Source: an uncultured Chloroflexota bacterium
Lineage (GTDB): Bacteria; Chloroflexota; UBA11872; VXNJ01
Assembly (NCBI GenBank): GCA_964631365.1
Contig: CAZVZW010000001.1
Location: 1 to 32,857 of the forward strand
Length of the DNA stretch: 32,857 nt
Direction of reading: 5' to 3'
Shown: positions 18,462 through 27,593 of the stretch, in pieces
How positions within the stretch are numbered: the stretch's first letter is position 1
How the letters are laid out: every line of letters begins with the position of its first letter
Notes under the pieces: model-generated
What the model was told of the DNA's origin: nothing
The model's input: only the letters and a program-made list of their open reading frames with translations
The model's database searches: none
Made by a program: the position numbers and the translations under genes

Positions 18462-19790
18462 CTAGCCGCCGAAGCGCCCCAGCAGACTGAAGATGGCGTC
18501 GGTCCCGAATTCTACCGCCGCCGCCGGAATCCGCTCGTCAGCGGCGTGGATGTAGACCGTGAAATCAAAGTCCGCCGGCAGGGTCATCGGCAGGTAGCCG
18601 TAGGTCTGCACGCCCAGGCGCTCGAAGAAGCGTCCGTCCGTGGCGCCGGCCATTATCAACGGCACCGGATGGCCCTCTGGATCGGCCTCGTGGAGCACCT
18701 CGGTGAGAGTGGCGAACAGCCCCATGTCCGGCTCCGGGCGTCCCGGCGGGTCGTGTTGCAGCACTTCGATTTCAGCCAGGTCGCCCAGCAAGTCCGTCAA
18801 CTCGGCCGCCAGTTCGGCGGGGCCGTAGCCTGGCAGCGTACGGCCATCGAGATCGATCGTGACCTCGCTAGGCACGACATTGATCTTGCCACCGCCACCG
18901 ATGACCGTCGCGTTCACCGTGTTGTGCAGCAACGGCTCGTAGATCCGACCCGCCGCCCCCATCGCGTCCAGCGTCGCGTCCACGGTCGCCGGGTCCAGCA
19001 GGCCGCGTAGCGCCGCGCCATGCGGATCGGGCAAGCCGGTGGCCATCCCGTCCACCATGGCTGCTGTTGCTGCCGGGACATGCGCCGGCAGGCGGTTTTG
19101 GTCCAGCAGTTCGAGCACCCGGGCCACCTTCGCCATCGTGCCGCCGCGCATCGGCATTGCCCCGTGACCGCCGGGCCCCTGTACGTGCAGCCGCAGCCAG
19201 GCGATCACCTTCTCGGCAATCATGATCGGATAGAACTGCGCGCCGCCGGTCTCCAGGGAGAAACCACCGAACTCGCCGATGGCGTAACGGACGCCCTCGA
19301 AGACCTCGGGATGCTGCTCCACCATGAAGAGTGCCCCGGCCTCGCCGCCGACCTCCTCGTCGGCCAGCGCCATGAAGATCACATCCCCCGGCAGCTCGAC
19401 ACTTTCAGCTCGGGCGCGTAGGAACGCTGCCAGCATCATCGCCACGCCGCCCTTCATGTCCAGCGCCCCCCGCCCCCAGACCCAGCCGTCCACCAGGTCG
19501 CCGCCGAACGGCGGGTGCTGCCAGTCCTGCCCGGCGGTCGTCACCACATCTACGTGCCCGTAGAGCAGCAGGGGCGTCGCGTCGCCGCCCGGCAGCCGCG
19601 CGACCAGGTTCGGGCGATTCGGGTCCTTCGCGTACAGCGTCGATTCAATTCCATAGGCGGACAGCGTGTCGGCGATGAATTCGATGCAGGCCCGCTCGTT
19701 GCCCGGCGGATTGGTGGTATCGAAGCGCAGCAACTGGCGCAGCAATTCCACCGGCCGCGCGTGCAGCCCATTTCCTTGGTTGGAACTCAT
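18462..19790 (-). CDS. M20/M25/M40 family metallo-hydrolase (ArgE/DapE-like)
   Basis: DTTNPPGNE, LLYGHVDVV, WGRGALDMKG, ADEEVGG, GHGAMP, GATDGRFF, HAADERI. Confidence 0.93.
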   Translation of the reverse strand: MSSNQGNGLHARPVELLRQLLRFDTTNPPGNERACIEFIADTLSAYGIESTLYAKDPNRPNLVARLPGGDATPLLLYGHVDVVTTAGQDWQHPPFGGDLVDGWVWGRGALDMKGGVAMMLAAFLRARAESVELPGDVIFMALADEEVGGEAGALFMVEQHPEVFEGVRYAIGEFGGFSLETGGAQFYPIMIAEKVIAWLRLHVQGPGGHGAMPMRGGTMAKVARVLELLDQNRLPAHVPAATAAMVDGMATGLPDPHGAALRGLLDPATVDATLDAMGAAGRIYEPLLHNTVNATVIGGGGKINVVPSEVTIDLDGRTLPGYGPAELAAELTDLLGDLAEIEVLQHDPPGRPEPDMGLFATLTEVLHEADPEGHPVPLIMAGATDGRFFERLGVQTYGYLPMTLPADFDFTVYIHAADERIPAAAVEFGTDAIFSLLGRFGG

Positions 19791-19851
19791 TTGCCGCTCT
19801 TCTCGACTCGTCCGGCCGGCGACGACCGAATCACACTGACGGCGTCGCGAT

Positions 19852-21285
19852 CTACCGCCACTCGCTGCCCCAGGCGGCGGTGTGGTGATGACTGCGTATC
19901 AACCAGTCCCGCAGTACGCTCAGCAGCTCCTGCTTGCGCTCCTGCTGATCGGGGTCGTCCCAGAGGTTATTCACCTCGTCGGGATCGGCCTTCATGTCGA
20001 AAAGCTGCCCGTAGTCCTCGCCGACGAAATGGACCAGTTTCCAGTCCTTGCCGCGCACCATGGTCATGAAGTCGGTCTCCAGGCCCTGGCTGTCTTCGCG
20101 GGCGTGCTCCGCGAACACATAGTCGCGGCCATTCCCGGTTTCGCCTTCCAGAGCGGGCAGCATGGAACGGGCTTCGAAGGCGGCCGGCACTTCCACCCTG
20201 GCCAGGTCCAGGATCGTCGGGCCCAGGTCCATCCACTGGTACAATTCGTCAATGGTCCGCCCGGCGTCGAAGCGACCCGGCGCCCAGACGATGGTCGGCA
20301 CGCGGGTGATGGTGTCGTACATGGTCCACTTCTGCGTCTGCCCGTGATCGGTGAGCGCGTCGCCGTGGTCCGAAGTGAAGATCACCACCGCGTTCTCCAG
20401 GTAGCCCTTGCTCTCCAGCGTCTCTAGAATCTCGCCGATCTTGTCGTCAATCATCGCCACGTTGGCCAGGTAGTAGGCGCGTTGCTTGTGGCGTTGCTCC
20501 GGCGTCGGGTCCAGCAAGTGCATCACCGAATCATGATCGACCTCGGCGCAGTGCTCGCGCATGTTGCGGAAGACATCCGGCAGGCCGTCAATTTCCTCCG
20601 GAGTCACGTCCAGCAGCGGCAGTTCCTTGTCGATGTAGCGGTCGGCGTATTCCTCCAACGGGTCGTAGGGTGGGTGCGGCCCCGGGAACCCGATTTCTAG
20701 GAACAGCGGCTCGGTCTGCGGATAGGTTTCAAGCCACCAGAGGGCGGTGTCGCCGACGAAGTTGTCGGGGTGCAAGTGATCCGGCGCCGTCCAGTGGAAG
20801 CTCCCCATGGCTTCGTTGTAGTCGTCCCGCCGGCGGTAGATCTCGCGCTGCGGTTTGACCACGCCTTGAGCGCCGAGCGCCCGGTCCCAGGCGTCGAAGT
20901 ACCAGCGTCCCTGCAGGTAGCGGTCCTTGTTCTCCACCACGTAGCGCTCGTGGAATCCGGCCGGCGCCTCGAACGGCGTCGTGTGCATTTTGCCGATGTT
21001 CACACAGTGGTAGCCGGACTCGTTCAGCCGTTCGACCCAGGTATGCGACCAGGCGTCACCGTTCTTGAAAATGCGGGTCGTGTGCGGGTAGTAGCCGGTG
21101 AACAGGCTGGCCCGGGCCGGCGCGCAGGAGGGCGCCGTGATGTGGCACTGGTTGAAACTGACCCCCTCGTTGACCAGGCGGTCCAGGTGGGGCGTCTCCA
21201 CGTACGGGAAGCCGAGGGCGTTGATGGTGTCGAAGCGCTGCTGGTCGGTGATGATGAAGATGATGTTCGGGCGGTCGTCGGGCAT
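19852..21285 (-). CDS. Cys-type (formylglycine-dependent) sulfatase
   Basis: RPNIIFIITDQQR, CAPARASLFTG (CxPxR), GKMH, PHPPYD, FTSDHGD, LFDMKADPDEVNNL; no signal peptide seen. Confidence 0.93.
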   Translation of the reverse strand: MPDDRPNIIFIITDQQRFDTINALGFPYVETPHLDRLVNEGVSFNQCHITAPSCAPARASLFTGYYPHTTRIFKNGDAWSHTWVERLNESGYHCVNIGKMHTTPFEAPAGFHERYVVENKDRYLQGRWYFDAWDRALGAQGVVKPQREIYRRRDDYNEAMGSFHWTAPDHLHPDNFVGDTALWWLETYPQTEPLFLEIGFPGPHPPYDPLEEYADRYIDKELPLLDVTPEEIDGLPDVFRNMREHCAEVDHDSVMHLLDPTPEQRHKQRAYYLANVAMIDDKIGEILETLESKGYLENAVVIFTSDHGDALTDHGQTQKWTMYDTITRVPTIVWAPGRFDAGRTIDELYQWMDLGPTILDLARVEVPAAFEARSMLPALEGETGNGRDYVFAEHAREDSQGLETDFMTMVRGKDWKLVHFVGEDYGQLFDMKADPDEVNNLWDDPDQQERKQELLSVLRDWLIRSHHHTAAWGSEWR

Positions 21286-21377
21286 GCTTCCCCTGTCTGC
21301 GGTGTCGGCGCCGCCCGAGTGGGACCGGCGGGAGTGCTTAGAAGTCTGTCAGGATAGCGATTTGCCCGGCCCAACGC

Positions 21378-22910
21378 TTGGCCGGCGGTTGGCCTGATGG
21401 GCGCGGCTCGCTAGAGTCACGGTTGGCGCCGGAGCGGCGCCCGGTATGTGCCCGGGACCGAGATTTGATCGACGACAGGACCGCCGTAACTCCTTCCACG
21501 AACGCCATGGGCGTAGCCGGAATCCGCCGGCTCGGAGTGGCCGTGGTCCTGGGCACGAGCGTCGGCCTGAACATGTTCACCTCGGCCATTGTGAACCTGG
21601 CGCTGCCGACGCTGGCGGACGAGTTCAGCGTGGATATCACGACCATCCAGTGGGTCATCCTGGCCTACTTCGTCACCATCTCCAGCCTGCATCTACCGAT
21701 GGGCCGCCTGGGCGATCGCTTCGGCCGTAGGCGGATGTTCCTGATTGGCAGCGCGATCTTCGCCGCAGGCGCGGTCCTGTCCGGTTTCGCCGACAGCCTC
21801 TGGTCGCTGGTGGCCATGCGGGTCGTGCAGGGGTTCGGCGGCGGCGTTATGCAGGCCATCGGTCCGCCGCTGCTGGTCAGCGCGTTTCCCGAAGCCGAGC
21901 GCGGCCGCGCCACCGGGATCATCGGCATGATGATCTCCGTCGGCCTGTTGGCCGGTCCGGCGGTCGGCGGACTGCTGATCGACACGTTCGGCTGGCAGGC
22001 CATCTTCTTTGCCAACGCACCGCTGGCCGGCCTGGTGCTGGTCGCCGGGTGGTTCGTACTCCGCGAGCCGGCCGGAACTCACGATCGTTCATTCGACCTC
22101 GGAGGCGCGGTGCTGGCGGCTGCCTGGATCGCCCCGCTGGTCTTCTTCCTCAATCGCGGGCTCCGCGACGGTTCGCTGTCCCCCCCGGCGCTGCTGGCGG
22201 CTGGTCTCTCCGCCGGAGTGCTGCTCACGTTCGTGCTTCACCAACGGCGCCGGTCGCTTCCGTTGCTGGACTTGGCGGTCTTTCGCAATCCCGGGTTTCG
22301 AATCGCGGTTCTCACCTCATACCTCGGCTACGGCGCCTATACCAGCGTCATGTTGCTGGCGCCGTTCCTGCTGCAGAACGGACTGGGGTTCTCGGTCACG
22401 CGGGTCGGGCTGCTGGCGGCGATCGTTCCGTCGGTTGGCGGGGTGGTCTCCATCCCGGCCGGCGAACTCACCGACCGCTTCGGCCACCGCTGGCCGCGCG
22501 CCGCCGGGCTGGTGCTGTTAGCCGCCGGCACGCTGTCGCTGGCTGCTGCGGGCACCGGCTGGGGCCTGGCCGAGGTGATCCCGCGGCTGGCGATCGTCGG
22601 CATCGGCCAGGGATTCCTGGTCGGCCCCAACACCAGCGCCATACTCGGCGCGCTGCCGGGCAACGTCGGTATCACCGGCGGGCTGTTGGCTTCCTCGCGC
22701 ACCCTCGCGCTGGCGACCGGGCAGGCGGTCTGGGGAGGTCTGTTCGCGGTGGTCGTCACCGCCGGCGCCGGGGTGGCCGCGGCGCTCGAAGCCGACCCGA
22801 CGGGTCTGTTACCCGGGTTCCGGGTGGCGTTCCTGGGAGCCGCCGCCGTGGCGACCATCGCCGCGGTCATCGCCGCCCGTGACCGCCACCGGCCGAACAC
22901 CCGCTCGTAG
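21378..22910 (+). CDS. MFS transporter, DHA2-like (14 TM)
   Basis: IVNLALPTL, GRLGDRFGRRR (motif A), RVVQGFGGG, GPAVGGLL, WQAIFFANAP. Start probably TTG 21465 or ATG 21507. Confidence 0.9.
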   Translation: MAGGWPDGRGSLESRLAPERRPVCARDRDLIDDRTAVTPSTNAMGVAGIRRLGVAVVLGTSVGLNMFTSAIVNLALPTLADEFSVDITTIQWVILAYFVTISSLHLPMGRLGDRFGRRRMFLIGSAIFAAGAVLSGFADSLWSLVAMRVVQGFGGGVMQAIGPPLLVSAFPEAERGRATGIIGMMISVGLLAGPAVGGLLIDTFGWQAIFFANAPLAGLVLVAGWFVLREPAGTHDRSFDLGGAVLAAAWIAPLVFFLNRGLRDGSLSPPALLAAGLSAGVLLTFVLHQRRRSLPLLDLAVFRNPGFRIAVLTSYLGYGAYTSVMLLAPFLLQNGLGFSVTRVGLLAAIVPSVGGVVSIPAGELTDRFGHRWPRAAGLVLLAAGTLSLAAAGTGWGLAEVIPRLAIVGIGQGFLVGPNTSAILGALPGNVGITGGLLASSRTLALATGQAVWGGLFAVVVTAGAGVAAALEADPTGLLPGFRVAFLGAAAVATIAAVIAARDRHRPNTRS

Positions 22911-22985
22911 CCTCGGCCGGTTCGTCTTCAAGCCAGTACGGTGCCACCACTTGTGCGGGTCCGACGGAATTCCGGGGGTAGCAGC

Positions 22986-23540
22986 ATGGTCGAGGTCTTC
23001 TCGGGTCGAATCGACATCATCTCCGATGGTCACATGTTTGCCGAGGGCCCCTCGGTCGCCGCCGCCGGCATCTCTATTTCGTGGACACCTGGGCGGAAGG
23101 CTCTTCCGGGTCGATGACGACGGCGAGGCCCGGCTGTTCGCTGAACTCGAAGGCCCCAACGGGACCGCCTTCCACTGGAACGGCGACATCTACGTTGTAG
23201 ACCCCGGCGGCGAACGCATCGCCCGGGTCACCCCGGGCGGCAAGGTCTATACCGTGGCGACCACCTGCGATGGTCAACCTTTTGAAGGCACCCCCAACGA
23301 CATCACCTTCCACCCCACGGGCACCATCTACTTCACCGCTCCGCAGAATCCGGTGGAGGACGGCCATCGCCGCCCGGTGTATCGCATCGATCCCGCCGGT
23401 GAGGCAACGAAGGTCATCGATGGGCTGCAATATCCCAACGGCGTCAACGTCAATGCCGACGGCATCCAGCTGTACGTCGCCGAGAGTTGCACCGGCGAAA
23501 TCAAGATCTGCGACATCCGACCCGACGGGGCAGCCGGGTG
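22986..23540 (+). pseudogene. SMP-30/gluconolactonase/LRE family gene with two frameshifts and C-terminal truncation
   Basis: ATG 22986 MVEVFSG...FAEGPSV (frame a), HLYFVD at 23069-23086 (frame b), LGGRLFRV...GPNG...PNDI...YPNGV...LYVAES (frame c); similarity ends at about 23540, before the expected PDG motif. Confidence 0.8.
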
Positions 23541-23659
23541 CTTGGTTCCGGCCGGTTCCGCCGATATGCTTCCTGCACGACACCAGCAAGAAAGGGCCGA
23601 TCGTGGTCCGAATAGCGCGGCTCGCCACCAGAACCCCGGGCCGCATTCGAGGAATCAAC

Positions 23660-24679
23660 TTGAGCTATCTCCCTCTGATCGGCCTGACCCTCGGTGACCC
23701 CACCGGCGTCGGCCCGGAAGTCGTTGCCAAGACCCTGACCCATCGCGAGATCTACGAGAAGTGCCGCCCCCTGGCCATCGGCAGCTCGTCGGCGCTGCGG
23801 CGCATCATCAACATCTGCGGCCTCGACCAGCAGGTCCGTAACGTCGATAGCGTCGAGGACGCGACATTCGAGTGCGGAGTCATCGACGTGCTGGACCCCT
23901 GGGGCGTCGACCATTCGGACCTAATCTTCAAAGAACCCACCGCTGAGGGTGGTGCGGCGGCGGCGACCGCGATCATCGAAGCAGTGAAACTGGCCTACGC
24001 GGGCAAGATCGATGGCCTCGCCACCGCACCCCTGCACAAGGTCGCTATGAAGATGGCCGGGTTCGACTATCCCGGGCATACCGAGATCGTCGGTGAATTT
24101 AGTGAATCCCCCGATCCGCGGATGATGCTCGTCGCCGGCAGTCTGCGGGTGATTCATGTGTCAACGCATGTCAGCCTGCGCGAAGCCGTGGACCTAGTGA
24201 AGACCCCGCGTATCCTGGAGGTCATCGAAATCCTGCACCAGGCGCTGCAGGATCTGGGCATCGAGAAGCCGACAATTGCAGTCGCCGGGTTGAATCCGCA
24301 TGCCGAGGTGGGCGATCACTTCGGCCCGGAGGACAGCCACGAGGTCGCCCCGGCGGTCGAGCAGGCCTGCGCGGCGGGCATCGACGCGCAGGGTCCGTTG
24401 CCGCCCGACACCGTGTTCTCCCGTGCCGCCGGCGGCGAGTACGACGGGGTCGTCGCCATGTACCACGACCAGGGGCACATCCCGGTGAAGATGCTTGGTA
24501 TCCACGAAGGCGTCAACGTCACGCTGAACACCAACGTCATCCGGGCCTCGGTGGACCACGGCACCGCTTACGGGCGGGCCGGGGATAATCGCGCCAACGA
24601 AACCAGCATGCGCCTCTCCATGCTGGTCGCCATCGATATGATCAACGCGCGTCGCGCTCGCGAGTCCGCCGCCGGCTAA
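23660..24679 (+). CDS. pdxA: 4-hydroxythreonine-4-phosphate dehydrogenase family (PdxA/PdxA2)
   Basis: LTLGDPTGVGPEV, TAPLHK, PGHTE, STHVSL, AGLNPHA, GPLPPDTVF, AMYHDQGHIPVK, SVDHGTA; GAGG RBS before TTG 23660 (the ORF track's 23270 extension is spurious). Confidence 0.93.
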   Translation: MSYLPLIGLTLGDPTGVGPEVVAKTLTHREIYEKCRPLAIGSSSALRRIINICGLDQQVRNVDSVEDATFECGVIDVLDPWGVDHSDLIFKEPTAEGGAAAATAIIEAVKLAYAGKIDGLATAPLHKVAMKMAGFDYPGHTEIVGEFSESPDPRMMLVAGSLRVIHVSTHVSLREAVDLVKTPRILEVIEILHQALQDLGIEKPTIAVAGLNPHAEVGDHFGPEDSHEVAPAVEQACAAGIDAQGPLPPDTVFSRAAGGEYDGVVAMYHDQGHIPVKMLGIHEGVNVTLNTNVIRASVDHGTAYGRAGDNRANETSMRLSMLVAIDMINARRARESAAG

Positions 24680-25344
24680 TCCCCGTCGTCGAAGGTGCTG
24701 ACCAGTTGGTCGGCGCAGTCGTAAAGCTTGGCGGCCTCATCTTCGGCGTTGTTCCACACGTTCTGCCCGGTCCAGGAAGGCCGGGCGGTGGTGTCCGGCT
24801 CAGACTCTTCCCCCGAGAAGACGCGGACGCTCTCGACCAACACAAGCCCTTCTGGGAAGTCGAAGCGCTGCGTCCCGCGCACGCTGACCAGGTGCCAGCC
24901 GGTCAGATCGCCGGCCCCGGTGATGGTCACAACTTCCGGTGGGCCGCGCTTGTCCAACTCCGTGATCCGCGCCGACCCGCCGCCGCAGAAGTATGATTTC
25001 GCGGGATCGGCCGCGGCCGTCCGCAGCGGGGAAGTTGCCGTGGCGGTCGGAGCCGGAGTCGGCGTGGCCACCGGCGGGACGGTGGCGGTTGGCAGCGGCA
25101 CTTGAGTCGCGGTTGGGGATGGACTGGGAGCGACGGCCCTGGCGGCGGCCAGGGGAGCTGTGATGGTGGGTGGAGATGGTGACGGAATCGACTTCGCGGG
25201 TGTGGCGGTGATCGCCGCTGACTGTTCGGGGGCGGGTGGTGAGATGGCGGATACGACCGGCGATTCCGGCGTCCCGTGATCGTCCATTGACCAGAGCGCG
25301 CCGCCGGCGCACGCGGCGAAAACCGCCACCATGAAAGCCAGCAC
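24676..25344 (-). CDS. Membrane-anchored Pro/Thr-linker protein with C-terminal lamin-tail-domain (LTD)-like module; possibly frameshifted from ATG 25405
   Basis: Hydrophobic N-terminus, PT-rich linker, then EVVTI..DLTGWHL...FDFPEG..L...VRVFSG...VWNN..D.A.LYD, typical of LTD. Confidence 0.75.
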   Translation of the reverse strand: MLAFMVAVFAACAGGALWSMDDHGTPESPVVSAISPPAPEQSAAITATPAKSIPSPSPPTITAPLAAARAVAPSPSPTATQVPLPTATVPPVATPTPAPTATATSPLRTAAADPAKSYFCGGGSARITELDKRGPPEVVTITGAGDLTGWHLVSVRGTQRFDFPEGLVLVESVRVFSGEESEPDTTARPSWTGQNVWNNAEDEAAKLYDCADQLVSTFDDGD

Positions 25345-25418
25345 CAGCGGCTATCGTCTCAAAACAACCTCCACCCCGGCTTGAACCACTCTCCGCGCCC
25401 ACCATCAGTTGGTTGACC

Positions 25419-26483
25419 TCAGGATTCGTCGGCGCCCTCGATGCGGACAATATCGGTAATCACGACGGTCCCGTCCAGGCCGATGCGCACTCGATGGTCG
25501 CCGGCCTCGGCGGGACGGCCCGGTGGAGTTAGGTCCATCACCACGATCTGGAACGAACCGGGCCCGCTGCTGTATTCCGGCGGCCACAGGAACTCTTCCA
25601 ACGGTTCCGGGGCGCCGTTTACGATCCGCTCAATCGTCAGGATCGAGCCGGTGGGCATATTGAACGCCTGGAAGCTGACCAGGACTCGATCGGTTCCCGC
25701 CGGGAAGAAATGGGCGGATTCCAGTGGCAGGCCGAGGGCGTCGACTTCGCGGGTGAACGCGACCCGTTCCAGGCGTGTCTCCCCCAGGTCGACGGTGAAG
25801 CTCGCCGAAGCAATCGGGCGATCTTCATCCCAGATGAACAGTTCGTAGAATCCCCCGGGCATTCCCCAGCGTTCGCCGACGTTGCCGATCATGACTTCCA
25901 GGGGATCGGCCACGACTGATTCGCCGGTTCCGACCTGCTCACCGTCCCGGTACCAAACCCTGTGGATAACCGCCCCGAAGGTCGCGCCCTCCAGGCGGAA
26001 CGCGGTGAAGATGCGTTCGCCGGGGCGAAAATGGGTTGGGGAGGGGGGAGGGTTGGCCAGCACGTCCAGTACCTCGTCGGCGTCAGTCGCGAAGGCAATC
26101 CCACCCACCGCAGCCGGGGCGTGTCCACCGATGAGGGTGGCCGTCGGAGTTGGCGTCGGCTCGGGAGTCGGCGACGGGGTGGCGGCCGGGGTGGGGGTTT
26201 GCGTCGGCGCGGGTGTGGTGGTTGCGGTCGGGGTCGCGGCCGGCGTTGCCGTCGAGGTCGGCTCCGCTGTAGCCGTGGGCGCCGGAGTGGAGGGAGGACT
26301 CGGGGTTGAGCTGGAAGTAGGCAGAGCCTCCGGAGCCGGAGCCGGAGCCGGAGCGGTGGCGACGGGCACCTCGACCACCGCCTCGGATGATGGACGCAGC
26401 GCCACAACCACTATCGTCGCCACCGCGATCAGCAGGACGGCCAGTGCCCAGAGCGGTATCCGCCGGTTCAGCAGATCGTTCAA
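25419..26483 (-). CDS. Membrane-anchored surface protein: TM, Pro/Thr/Ala linker, two tandem beta-rich (Ig-like) domains
   Basis: TTG 26483 with GGAGG RBS overlaps the rbsK stop (TTGA); about 80-aa PT linker; two similar 'F.PG.(E/D)R(I/V)...F' modules. Confidence 0.75.
   Translation of the reverse strand: MNDLLNRRIPLWALAVLLIAVATIVVVALRPSSEAVVEVPVATAPAPAPAPEALPTSSSTPSPPSTPAPTATAEPTSTATPAATPTATTTPAPTQTPTPAATPSPTPEPTPTPTATLIGGHAPAAVGGIAFATDADEVLDVLANPPPSPTHFRPGERIFTAFRLEGATFGAVIHRVWYRDGEQVGTGESVVADPLEVMIGNVGERWGMPGGFYELFIWDEDRPIASASFTVDLGETRLERVAFTREVDALGLPLESAHFFPAGTDRVLVSFQAFNMPTGSILTIERIVNGAPEPLEEFLWPPEYSSGPGSFQIVVMDLTPPGRPAEAGDHRVRIGLDGTVVITDIVRIEGADES
26331..26354. repeat. Hexanucleotide tandem repeat (CGGAGC)x4 encoding Ala-Pro
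   Basis: Four exact copies inside the linker of the 25419-26483 CDS. Confidence 0.85.
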
Positions 26484-27382
26484 CCGAGCAAATCCTCCAC
26501 TTCCGAGGCGGTTGGCAGCGACGACTGCGCTCCGGCGCGGGTCGCGGTCAGCGCCCCGGCGGCCGAGGCGTAGCGCACGCATTCAAGCAGATCGCTCCCG
26601 CGGGCGCGAGCCAGGCCGAACGCGCCGCAGAAGGCATCTCCGGCCGCGGTGGTATCCATGGCCTCTATTTCAAACGCCGGAAAGTGCCGTCCCGTTGCGG
26701 TGTACAGCACCGCGCCATCGCCGCCAAGCGTCACGATCACCGACTTGGCCACGCTTTCCCGCAACCGGGCGGCCGCCGCGAACGCCCCGGCGCGATCGCC
26801 GGCGTCGATTCCGGATAGAAATTGGGCCTCTGTCTCGTTGACGATCAGGTGGTCCACACAACCCAGCAATGATCCGGGCAGCTCCATCGGCGGGGCCGCG
26901 TTCAGGACGGTTTCGGCGCCGTCGGCACGGGCGCGCCGGAATGCCTCTTCCACGGCCGCCAACGGTATTTCCAGGACGGCCAGTGCCACTCGTGTTCCCG
27001 GCTCCCAGGCGTCGGCCACCTCGTTCAGCGTCAGGCGGCCGTTGGCTCCCGGGGCGAGTGCAATCATGTTTTCGCCGTGGTCGTCAACCAGGATCAGCGC
27101 CACCCCGGAGGGCACCGCCGTATCGACCTTGACGCCAACGACGTCGATACCCGCCTCAAGCAATTCGCGCCGGCGATCCGTGCCGAACGCATCGGCGCCG
27201 ATCCGACCGATCATGCGCACCTGGCCGCCCAATCGCGCGGCGGCCATCGCTTGGTTGGCGCCCTTGCCGCCGCCAAATGTCCGCAGATCGCCGCCGAGCA
27301 CCGTTTCCCCGGCGCGCGGAAGCGTTGGCAACCCGATCACCTGGTCGGTGTTGATGCTGCCGATCACCGTGATCAAGGCCAT
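26480..27382 (-). CDS. rbsK: Ribokinase (PfkB family)
   Basis: VIGSINTD, GGKGANQAMAAARLG, IGADAFG, LNAAP, VNETEA, VTLGGDG, DTTAAGDAFCG. Confidence 0.93.
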   Translation of the reverse strand: MALITVIGSINTDQVIGLPTLPRAGETVLGGDLRTFGGGKGANQAMAAARLGGQVRMIGRIGADAFGTDRRRELLEAGIDVVGVKVDTAVPSGVALILVDDHGENMIALAPGANGRLTLNEVADAWEPGTRVALAVLEIPLAAVEEAFRRARADGAETVLNAAPPMELPGSLLGCVDHLIVNETEAQFLSGIDAGDRAGAFAAAARLRESVAKSVIVTLGGDGAVLYTATGRHFPAFEIEAMDTTAAGDAFCGAFGLARARGSDLLECVRYASAAGALTATRAGAQSSLPTASEVEDLLG

Positions 27383-27593
27383 CGGTCCCCGCCCCCAGGC
27401 CGCGAATCAGCGTACACGCTGTGTTCCTTTTCGTTGGACGGCGACCGACTGGAATCATGCCGATCGGCGGCGCCCACTTATTCGCTGTCATTCTACGGAG
27501 CCGGTGGTGGGGTCGGGAAGTAGTGTGACCGAGTTCTCTTCCGGCGATGGACTAGATTGTTACTTGGGCGCTGCCTCGCACTGTGGGGCCCGG

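Noticed and set aside
23270-23659. Apparent 130-aa N-terminal extension or fusion on PdxA
   Set aside because: It is an alternative frame of the lactonase pseudogene; a good RBS and TTG lie at 23660.
18314-24679. Genomic island integrated at tRNA-Pro
   Set aside because: No integrase, no duplicated tRNA 3' end seen, and no obvious compositional shift.
25961-25969. Perfect DnaA box TGTGGATAA
   Set aside because: Single copy inside a CDS, with no cluster or AT-rich unwinding region.
26331-26354. (CGGAGC)4 as a phase-variation tract
   Set aside because: The unit length is a multiple of three, so slippage would only change linker length.
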